This document shows, piece after piece, positions 27,150-36,513 of a stretch of DNA of 64,000 bases. Made by a program: the position numbers and the translations under genes. Under the pieces are notes generated by a model that was given only the letters and a program-made list of their open reading frames with translations, did no database searches and had not been told where the DNA came from. Where the stretch lies: assembly GCA_965153285.1 (NCBI GenBank), contig OZ229115.1; one strand, given 5' to 3'. The first letter of the stretch is position 1. Each line of letters opens with the position of its first letter. This DNA is from Podarcis tiliguerta (taxonomy: Eukaryota).

Positions 27150-30100
27150 GTCATGTCACGCCTGCCTACCCCGCTCCCCCCCCCCTTAACGCATTCTAAA
27201 GGGAGACGTGGATTTTCTAATCGATGCGGCTCTGAATAATGTGCGGCGGGAGAGGTTAGTGTTAATTCCTGTGTGTGTGTGTGTGTGTGTGTCCCCGCCA
27301 CACTAGCAACACAAGGGGCGGCGGCGGAGAGACAGCCCAGCGTGGTTTGGGGCATGAGATGGGTGTGGAAGGCACATTCCGCTGCCTGCACGGGTGCATC
27401 GAAGCAGCGGAACAAGTTACACAAGCGTGCCCTTTCTCCTACTTTCTCTTACCCCCACCGAACCTCACCTGCTGGCGCGCTTTGCGGCCATGGCCCCCAA
27501 CTTGTCCCCCCCCCCCTTCTTCTGGCATGCCCACTAACGCAAGCCCTTCCCGACTCGCCAGAACCACCCGGCGTCCGGTCCTGCTGCCCTTGACCCACCC
27601 ACGCAGCGTGGGCGGGGAGTCTCCTTCCGCCGCTCCCCCGCACGAAGCCCACCCCCCTCCTCCTCGGCCGATCTCCGCAGTGGCAAGCAGAACATTCCTC
27701 CAGGCGCCCCGCTTTGCAACACCCATTGCCAAACCCTTAGAAAGACCTCCTCGTCGGGGCGGGCCGGGAAGAGGACCTGCGGTGGGAAGGAGGGGGCGGC
27801 CGGGCACGCTCTCCCCGTCCTGCCGCGCCCCTCGGAGGCGACCGATTAGCTGGCATTTTTCGAGCTCCCCCGCTCTCCCTCCTCCTCCTGCATCCGTCCG
27901 TCTGGCTTCCAGCAGTCCATTTGTCAGCGCCAAGCAGGCGCCCCCGCCCCGCCAAGCAGCGAGGAGGGGCCCAGCCAACCCGCCCCCCCCCCACGCCGCC
28001 GTTTTCAAATTAAAACGCCTAAACGGTCGTCGTCGGTGACACACAGACCCAGTATTGTGCTCCCGACCCGGTAAATAATCAGGTTACTGTGCTAAAAGCC
28101 CAGGAGGCTGCACAAACACACCACGCAAGCAGGGCTACAGGTTCGGATCTGGCATTCTGAACTGCACAGACCGCCTCTCGCGCTTGCTAACTTGCTTGCC
28201 ATCTCCCCCTGCTTTTTCTTTTTTTAAAAAGAAATACTGAACACCCCCCCCCCAAGAGAGCGGGATCGGGGCCCCATGTGTAAGGAAGGCGCTGCCCGGG
28301 AAGCGCGCGCGCCCTGGCTGCGCGCCCGCTCAACCCCGCACGCCTTTTACTACGGATTGGCCAAGAGGTCGAGACTTTCGTTTTCTTTTACTCCCCTTCC
28401 GCGCCCCGCGATCCGTTGAATGAGTCTTTCTCTCACACTCCACTCACACGGGCGAAATTGCTTCAGGAATTCAGCCCTCCTCCCCGCGCCTCCCACCCCC
28501 CCGCCCGGCCTCTAACCACCACCTTTGCTAACAGAGGAGTGTTGTAATGTTGGGGGTGTATTCCTGAAACGGCGATTCAGGAAGATAAGCCTGTCAGGCG
28601 CGGTTACACCGCCTGCCAACATTTCTGCATGCAACAGAGTAGTAGTGGAAGGATTTCTCTCTTTTTCTAAGTTCAGTTTCAACATCGCGGGGGAAGAGAG
28701 AGATAAAAGGCTGGGAAACAAGATATTCTGCACTCTTCTGTTTTTTTAAGGCAGTCTATCAGCAAACCCACAGAGCAACCATGTTACAGTTGTAAGCAAA
28801 ACAAATACCCCACCATCAACAGGCACGCAGCTTTATTATAGCTACAGACAAGACGCCGACTATAATCGTTAATGGATTTCCGCAAACGCCCCGTTGCTCC
28901 GCACAAGAACACACTCTTAAAAGAAAAAGCAGCAAAACCAACCAACTGACCTCAAGGAGCGCCCCGGATTTTCCATCGCTAAATTATAGGCGGACAAACT
29001 GTTGCTTTTATTATGCACTTTGTGCAGCCGGTTTGCATTACGAACCTCCCTGTGATCTCCGTATGAAGGGCGGCGGACAAAATCAATGGAGAAATGAAAA
29101 TCAACTCTGAAACACTCCCCCACCCCGCTTCCTGGGGGCTGCGCGAGAAACCGGCCAGACGGAGGATCTTTCCGAGCCCAATCTCTTCCCGGCGCCTCGC
29201 GATTCCCATGCAAAGCGGCGGCTCCGCTCCGCCCCACCCAAATCTGCCTTCCTGCTCCATCTCCTCCCTCCTCCCAAGTTTGCTTCCTGCGGACCGAGCG
29301 CACCACGAGCGGGCATGGAAAATATGTTTGCAACACTTTTCCATCCTCTGCCTGTTCCCCCAGTCAGGCTGCCGGGGGGAGGGTGGCGTCCCCCTCGCCA
29401 GGCCCCGGGGGCGAAAAGCGGGAGAAAGAGATCCGTAGGATCTGGCTTACTTTGGGCGCCCGTCTGTAAGCAAGCAGGCGGCGAGATTGCCGCGCCGGGT
29501 TTCTTTCCGAGAGCGGCGGGCTCCGGCCCCGGAGAACCCACCCAGCCGCTCCAAGCGTGGCGGCTTCGGCTTGCTCGCAGCGTCCGCACCCGGATCCGCG
29601 ACGGCTTTGCGCGGCGCCGGAGACCAAGGCGGCTTCGCAGCTGCCTTTCCTCCGCCTCCAGCCAACCCGCCTTTCCCAGACTGGGAAAACCCCCTGGATT
29701 TCCAAGGGAGGGAGGGAGGGAGGAGGAGATCTGAAAGGGGTGGGGTGGGGGAGAGCCCTGGGAAGCTCGATTCCGGATCCTGCCGGTCTCTCGCTCTTCC
29801 CGAAGTTTGGAGCGAGCCGGGATCCACCCCGGAGTGGCGGGAAACGGCCCCAGTCCAGACTGCGGGGATCCTGACAACTCGGCGCGCTTAGGGCGCAGAC
29901 ACGAACCTGCGGGAAGGCGGCTCCTCGGCGCGGTCTCCGCGCTGCCTCTTCGCCCCTTTTTTAAATCCAGCGTTTTGCGAGCCGAGTCTCTCCTGCTCCG
30001 AGCGGCGCGAGCTTAAGAAAATGCTCGTCATGGCAACGCCACTGCCTAGCCCGGCCAGACTCGCGCCCCCCGCCCGCCCTTCTCCAAAGGAGGAGGGACT

Positions 30101-30450
30101 CTCTTAAGGTGGAGCAGGCGAAGCCCGGACGCCTCGGAGCTTTTTAAGGGGGAGGAAGGGAGATGCGGCTCCCTGAAGATCCCTGGAGGGTTTTTGCTCG
30201 CGCGTGCGACTCCCCCCCCCGCCCCTCCCCGCATGTAGGGAGACAGAAAAAACTCTGAGCAGGAGCAATGAAGGGCTAGGGAGGACTGGGGAGAATCGGA
30301 GATGCCGGGCTGGTTTGCTTTTTCCCCCTTTTCTTTTTTTAATTGCACGCTGCTGCAGGCAATTATTAAACACCGCTGCTTTGGAAGAAAAGGCAGCTTT
30401 TAGAACAAAGTATCTCTCGATTGCGGCTGCTTTCTTTCCGCCCACCATGT
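27150..30450. promoter_or_regulatory. CpG island / promoter region of an unidentified gene, probably transcribed leftwards (minus strand)
   Basis: Sharp rise in GC and CpG over a CpG-depleted background, no TEs, multiple GC boxes, ATTGG near 28356, RFX half-site cgtcatggcaac at 30026-30037, minus-strand donors at 29451/29450 (AAA|GTAAGC) and 27469/27468 (CAG|GTGAGG). Confidence 0.85.
27469..27900 (-). other. Candidate first exon ending in a strong donor; Kozak ATG at 27491 (MAAKRAS...); 5' boundary unknown
   Basis: ggggccATGGCCGCAAAGCGCGCCAGCAG|gtgagg; second possible donor GGG|GTAAGA 16 nt further on. Confidence 0.45.
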
Positions 30451-30967
30451 TCCTTTCTCCCAGACCAACTTAACCAGTAAACAAAATACTGTATCTATAT
30501 AATGATCGCAAGAACATAACACAAAGGTGCATAGCTACTTTGTTATTTCTGCAAGGCTTTGCAAACAGCGATGGGGTTCTTAGAACTACTCTTGCATCGT
30601 AAAGTAGATCAGCCACCTGCGACGTCTAGACTTTGACCCGATTGCCATAGAGCACCTATCAGCCAGATATCCATGGGTCCTAGTTGGAACAGACCTATTG
30701 AAATGAATAGACATTTACTGGCTCATATCCATTAGTTTTAATGGCCCTAATCTAAGTAGGACTGAGTAGGAGGCAGAGACGTGTTTTTTGTTTCCATTTT
30801 GTAGACAATTTTGTAAACCGATGAAATGTAATATCCTAATCAAATAGATTTGAGTTGGGTTGCACTTCTAAATAATGATTCTATGTTTTGAAAGTTACAG
30901 AAACTTTTATCCTTTCTATTAATGGGGAGGGAGGGGAGCATTCTTCCCTCTCAGAGTGATACAATTA

Positions 30968-31218
30968 CAGTGATATCTTGGTTCTCGAACTTAATCCATT
31001 CCGGGACTCTGTTTGACTCCTGAAACCGTTCGAAGACCAAGTCACGCCTTCTGATCGGCTGCAGGAGCTTCCTGCGCTCAATCCAAAGCTGCGGAAGCCA
31101 CGTTGGACATTCTGCTTCCGAAAAACGTTCGCAAACCAGAACACTTACTTCCGCGTTTGCGGTGTTCGGGAGCTGATTTGTTCGACAACTAAGCCGTTTG
31201 GGAACCAAGGTACCACTA
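30968..31218. mobile_element. Tc1/mariner-type MITE
   Basis: TIR cagtgatatcttggttc / gaaccaaggtaccacta, TA flanks. Confidence 0.8.
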
Positions 31219-31970
31219 TAATTATTCTTGCTTGCCTAGGCTCATTACCTAGGACTGCTCTGTGCAAAAAGCAGAAGTGGCTTTCTGGTTAAGGTGGAAC
31301 CTCTATAATAGCTGCCAGGCAAGTGGGTTGCTGTTGCTTACTGGGAGGGAGATGGGAAGAGCGGAAGGCAGTGGGGAGGCTGGCACAGTGAAACTGCGCT
31401 AGCAGAGCCAATCTGGTACTCCTGCTGGTGCATTTGCACCACGCTGACCTCCCCTCCACCTTGCCCCTCCATCCAGTCAACTCACTTGCTGGGCAGCTAG
31501 CCCCACCCAACTCACTTGTAGAGAGATCACCACAGCAGGTCCTATGGCGGGGTGGGGAACTTGGGCTTGGGAAACGAATGCAGCCCTCCAGGCCTATCTA
31601 TGTGGCCTTTTGGAGTCTTTCTCAGGCCACACCCCTCTCCACAAACTGCACCAGCCACACCTTCCTTGAGTGCTTTTGCCTGGCTGGAAGTATGGTGATG
31701 CCTCTTTCTTTTCTGGGTAGATGTGTGTGCATGCATATAGACCACATAACTGGAATGTGGGCTGTTGAACAAAGAAAAGGTTTGCATCTCATGCTCCACC
31801 CACACTTGCCTCTAGCCACACCCACCACTACTATGCAGAGTCTCTAGAAGGTTATCCATGAGGGAATTTATGCCCTTGAGCTGAACGAGGTTTCCTCGCC
31901 CAGTAAAAGGCAAGTTCCTTCTTTTCCACCCCATGAGTCATAACCCCAAGAGCCTTCTATCTTTCCTTAT

Positions 31971-32247
31971 GCACCGCCACAAACTCTTAGACTGAAAGCA
32001 CTCCCCCCACCCCAGACCATTCTTACATTATGGGTTATAAATTGTGGGTTGCCATCTGATTTATTCTGATTTTAAGCTGATTTTAAGCTGTATTTCAGTC
32101 GATTGCTGGATTTTATGTTTTAATGTAATCAACTGAAATACAGCTTAAAATAAGAATAAATCAGATGGCAACCCACAATTTATAACCCATAATTTAAGGA
32201 TGGTCTGTGGTGGGGAGTGCTTTCAGTCTAAGAGTTTGTGATGGTGC
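31971..32247. repeat. Long imperfect palindrome (~125-135 bp arms, 18-nt loop)
   Basis: 31971-32106 is the reverse complement of 32125-32247 apart from a few substitutions/small indels and an extra 11-bp unit (attttaagctg) in the left arm. Confidence 0.95.
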
Positions 32248-32435
32248 TAGTGGGAAGGTAAACGGCATTTCCGTGCGCTGCTCTGGTTCGCCAGAAGTGG
32301 CTTAGTCATGCTGGCCACATGACCCGGAAGCTGTCTGTGGAGAAACGCCGGCTCCCTCGGCCGGTAAAGCGAGATTAGCGCTGCAACCCCAGAGTCATCT
32401 CTGACTGGACTTAACGGTCAGGGGTACCTTTTACC
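32248..32435 (+). mobile_element. 5'-truncated Sauria SINE
   Basis: gggaaggtaaacggc...gtcatgctggccacatgacccggaag...ggggtaccttttacc tail; degenerate TSD at 32112-32125 and 32436-32449. Confidence 0.9.
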
Positions 32436-32473
32436 TTTATATTTTGATGCTAGCCACCCTGAGCCCAGTTTGG

Positions 32474-32657
32474 NNNNNNNNNNNNNNNNNNNNNNNNNNN
32501 NNNNNNNNNNNNNNNNNNNNNNNNNNNNNNNNNNNNNNNNNNNNNNNNNNNNNNNNNNNNNNNNNNNNNNNNNNNNNNNNNNNNNNNNNNNNNNNNNNNN
32601 NNNNNNNNNNNNNNNNNNNNNNNNNNNNNNNNNNNNNNNNNNNNNNNNNNNNNNNNN
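32474..32657. other. Assembly gap
   Basis: Run of N. Confidence 1.
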
Positions 32658-32690
32658 TGTCTTCCCGTGTAAAAGTTGGGGTGTCTAGGC

Positions 32691-32724
32691 GACGTTTCGA
32701 CGAGGTCTCACTCGTCATCTTCAG
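32691..32724 (-). ncRNA. Minimal hammerhead ribozyme motif (left arm)
   Basis: Exact reverse-complement copy of the 34893-34926 motif. Confidence 0.7.
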
Positions 32725-34165
32725 GCTGGTGCTTTCGGCTTCTTGTTACTGGAACAGAGCAGGATCTCAGTGTTTGAGTTCCTATAAATACTGTTGAGGA
32801 GGTGTGGTGTATAGCCTCCAATGTTCTGGGCAGAGAGGAGGTTCCCAGGCTAGTGTGCCTTTTCTTCTTTTGTTCCTTAATTACTTGAGGGATATCTTGA
32901 GTGATTTCTTGAGTGATTTCCTGAATCCCACTTAGGTGGGTCATTAGGTGTGGATTAGTTGCTAAAGCCTTCGTGTCTTGAACTCTTGAACTTTGTGAAG
33001 AGTTTTTCTGAGAAGATGGCTGTACTGCACTTGGTTGTGCTCTGGCTTGGCTTCGTGTATAGGGGCGAGCTGTGGTTTTGTGGCCTGTGCCAGCCAGATC
33101 TGTGTAGGGATTGCAGGGGGGTGCAGCATCCGGAGGTGCCACCCTGGTTTGGCTACTGGATGGTGTCTGTAATTTATCTGTGGAGAGGGTCTGGGTTTGG
33201 GTCTGGTGTGGTTGATTGGTGATGGCGTTCTGTGTGCCTCTGGATCTGGTGTCAGATTTTGTGGGGAGGGCTAATTTCCAGATGTCTGGCAAGCGGGATG
33301 TGTCGTCACGCTTGTTCATGTTGTGAGGGTGTTTCTCTATCTCGATGGCTTCCATGATTATTCTCTTGTGGTGATGTTCCATGTTAAAGAGCAATTTGGA
33401 ATCTGCAAAATTAATTTCGTGTCCTGTTTCTTTCATGTGTTGGAAAAGAGAGGAAGTTTTTTCTTCTTTTTTGACGGCATTCTTGTGTTCTGCGATACGT
33501 GCATTTATTCGTCTGTTTGTTTGTCCAATGTACGTGGCTGGGCAGACTTTGCAGGGTATTTCATAGACCCCTTGGTTTTCCAACTGAATTTTATCCTTGG
33601 GGTTTCTGAGGATATTGGCTATTTTTTGGTTGGTGCAAAAGGCTGTTTTGATATTGTGTTTATGGAGGATTTTGCTAATTTTATCTGTAGTGCCCTTGAT
33701 ATAAGGAAGGAGGGCTATGCCATTGTTTTCTTCTGTGTCTTGGTTTTTGGGGGGTGTTTCTTTTTGGATTAGCTTCGTAACCCTGTTTTGCTGGTATCCA
33801 TTGGCAATTAACACATTTGAGAGATTCTGTAACTCAGTTGTCAAGTGGTCTTCGTCAGCCAGGCGTTTGGTTCTGGAGATGAGAGTCTTGGCTACGGAGT
33901 TTATTTGTGCAGGGTGGTGGTGTGATTGTGCATGTAAGTAGCGGTTGGTGTGTGTTTTTTTCCGGTAGATAGTGTGTCCTAGGGAGCCATCAGGTTTTTT
34001 GTAGATTAGGACGTCAAGGAAGGGAAGTTGGTTGTTGGCTTCTATTTCCATAGTGAATTGTATTTTGGGGTGTAGGCTGTTGAGATGTGTGAGGAAGCTA
34101 TCCAGTTTTTCCTTCCCGTGTGGCCAAATTACAAAGGTGTCGTCAACATATCTGAGCCAAAGTTT
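32708..34165 (-). CDS. Penelope-like ORF, 5'-truncated: RT C-terminal half, thumb, GIY-YIG endonuclease and ~185-aa low-complexity tail
   Basis: Uninterrupted 485-codon frame starting KLWLRYVDD; the first 43 aa of the ORF-track call are antisense read-through from the inverted arm. Confidence 0.9.
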   Translation of the reverse strand, partial: KLWLRYVDDTFVIWPHGKEKLDSFLTHLNSLHPKIQFTMEIEANNQLPFLDVLIYKKPDGSLGHTIYRKKTHTNRYLHAQSHHHPAQINSVAKTLISRTKRLADEDHLTTELQNLSNVLIANGYQQNRVTKLIQKETPPKNQDTEENNGIALLPYIKGTTDKISKILHKHNIKTAFCTNQKIANILRNPKDKIQLENQGVYEIPCKVCPATYIGQTNRRINARIAEHKNAVKKEEKTSSLFQHMKETGHEINFADSKLLFNMEHHHKRIIMEAIEIEKHPHNMNKRDDTSRLPDIWKLALPTKSDTRSRGTQNAITNQPHQTQTQTLSTDKLQTPSSSQTRVAPPDAAPPCNPYTDLAGTGHKTTARPYTRSQARAQPSAVQPSSQKNSSQSSRVQDTKALATNPHLMTHLSGIQEITQEITQDIPQVIKEQKKKRHTSLGTSSLPRTLEAIHHTSSTVFIGTQTLRSCSVPVTRSRKHQPEDDE

Positions 34166-34168
34166 GCT

Positions 34169-34909
34169 CTTTTCCAACACATGAAAGAAACAGGACACGA
34201 AATTAATTTTGCAGATTCCAAATTGCTCTTTAACATGGAACATCACCACAAGAGAATAATCATGGAAGCCATCGAGATAGAGAAACACCCTCACAACATG
34301 AACAAGCGTGACGACACATCCCGCTTGCCAGACATCTGGAAATTAGCCCTCCCCACAAAATCTGACACCAGATCCAGAGGCACACAGAACGCCATCACCA
34401 ATCAACCACACCAGACCCAAACCCAGACCCTCTCCACAGATAAATTACAGACACCATCCAGTAGCCAAACCAGGGTGGCACCTCCGGATGCTGCACCCCC
34501 CTGCAATCCCTACACAGATCTGGCTGGCACAGGCCACAAAACCACAGCTCGCCCCTATACACGAAGCCAAGCCAGAGCACAACCAAGTGCAGTACAGCCA
34601 TCTTCTCAGAAAAACTCTTCACAAAGTTCAAGAGTTCAAGACACGAAGGCTTTAGCAACTAATCCACACCTAATGACCCACCTAAGTGGGATTCAGGAAA
34701 TCACTCAAGAAATCACTCAAGATATCCCTCAAGTAATTAAGGAACAAAAGAAGAAAAGGCACACTAGCCTGGGAACCTCCTCTCTGCCCAGAACATTGGA
34801 GGCTATACACCACACCTCCTCAACAGTATTTATAGGAACTCAAACACTGAGATCCTGCTCTGTTCCAGTAACAAGAAGCCGAAAGCACCAGCCTGAAGAT
34901 GACGAGTGA
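34169..34909 (+). pseudogene. Duplicated 3' part of the Penelope ORF (end of GIY-YIG domain plus tail)
   Basis: Translation identical to the C-terminal 246 aa of the minus-strand ORF. Confidence 0.9.
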
Positions 34910-34926
34910 GACCTCGTCGAAACGTC
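34893..34926 (+). ncRNA. Minimal hammerhead ribozyme motif (right arm)
   Basis: CUGAAGA-U-[GACGAG ugagac CUCGUC]-GAAA-C-GUC: catalytic core, 6-bp stem II, palindromic ACGU stem III; stem I weak. Such motifs are established in Penelope pseudo-LTRs. Confidence 0.7.
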
Positions 34927-36513
34927 GCCTAGACACCCCAACTTTTACACGGGAAGACACCCGAGGACACCAAAACCTGCATTCCTGTACCCGTGAAAAT
35001 CTACGAAAGCAAATATATATATATATATATATATATTATTATTATTATTATGCCACATTCAGACAGGAGGGGCACACATCCTTAGCAAGACCAGGATCTG
35101 CAAAACAGAATAGCCAGGCTTTTTTGAAGACTGTGAAAGGTTCAAGTACTGAATATTCATTTGAGTTCCTCCTGTCCTGCTTGCCTATTCCCAAGCTTTC
35201 TTCTCACTGCTACACCCAGTGTCAATGTCAATTTTTGCTCAGTTGAAATGTACTGCTTGTAAGTGTTGGTGTGTCCCACTCCTTGTGTGAGGTCTGGAGC
35301 AATTGCCCTCCATTAATAAAAGTCTGATAACAGTGCAGCAATTATAGGAGGTGGAGATTTTGTTACCCTGAGCTTCCAGAATGGGGTGGCTACAAATTCA
35401 AATAAGCTGTTAAATAAAACCTGCTGGGGGGGGGGGGCGTGATCATGAGGCACAACTAACAGATTGCTTCAACTAACTCCAGAAACCCTTCTACCTTTGG
35501 CCACTTCTGCCTGCCATTCCAATGCACAAATAACATACAGTCTCAATTGCCATTGTTTCTTCAGGTGCAGTGTACTTGCTAAGAGACAGAGTTGTGAATC
35601 AGGAAGTCCACAGTGTGAATCTTGCCTATGCCATTAACTCATTACGTGACCTTGGGCAAGCCATGTTCTCTCAGCCACAGTGTCCCCATCTGCAATATGG
35701 GGGTATTTGACTAAACTTATAGTGTTGTTCATTTATCTAATTTAATTTAATTTAATGAGTGATGTTAGGGGAAAATGTGGCGTATAAATTAAAAATAATA
35801 ACAACAGTAATAGTAAGAGCAATAATAATTTATTTACAAATTTAGATCTTGCTTTTCATGTAGTTCTTAAAGCAGTTTACAGCAGAAAAATATACAAAAT
35901 TTAAAACATTACTTAAACATCCAAAATTTAAAATCTCAAGGAATTAAAATGTAAAAAAACGAGAGAAGCATTCAGGGTGCAAAGGCCTCTTGACCAGGCA
36001 CCTGAAACTCAGTAGGGATGGAATGTGTATAAGCTCTTGTAGGAGGGATTTCCAGTGGGCCCACAACACTAATAGTTGTAAGGATTACAGCTAGATAATG
36101 CACGTGAAGCGCTTGGAACACTTGAAAGCACTGCACAAATGTTAAGTTTCTCATTATCCTATCTCTCTTTTAGCCCCCTAAAATTTCCTTTAGATGTCCA
36201 CTCTTCTCCTGAAGTATATGGTAACCATGGGGTTAGGGAGAATCCAGATCAAGTTTAAGGTGGGGCAAAGGAAACATCCCATCCTAGTCCTCCTAATAGG
36301 GATAGGGATTTACTTAAAAACAATGCACAACTGCTACTTGCCTGATTATCCTCCTAACTAGTGTGGCCTGAGGGCTCCACAGATCATCATCATTGCTGCC
36401 CTGCCTTCTCTCTCTCACACACACATGCAGATATCTCTCCACAAAAGGGGGTGAGTGGTAGGGCTTCTACAAGTCAACTAAAATGCACTACCACCCAGGT
36501 AGGAACAGCTCTC

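Larger units (their letters stand above)
32658..35012. mobile_element. Penelope-like retroelement (GIY-YIG type): long 5'-truncated copy on minus (34166->32658) plus shorter inverted copy on plus (34167->~35012)
   Basis: RT motif RYVDD, LPFLD, YRKKTHT and GIY-YIG (GVYEIPC..C.ATYIGQT.R....R..EH...EAIEI...N.RD); 793-bp inverted repeat 32658-33450 / 34167-34959; ends at an (AT)n(ATT)n microsatellite. Confidence 0.95.

Noticed and set aside
27275-30473. Many overlapping 100-260 aa ORFs in the CpG island
   Set aside because: Expected from stop-codon scarcity in GC-rich DNA; G/P/R/A-rich with no known domain
32437-32797. ORFs spanning N runs (also 56668-57299)
   Set aside because: Artefacts of assembly gaps
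34166-34294. N-terminal 43 aa of the 528-aa ORF, and ORFs 33323-33772, 32959-33222, 34395-34658
   Set aside because: Antisense frames of the Penelope arms produced by the inversion
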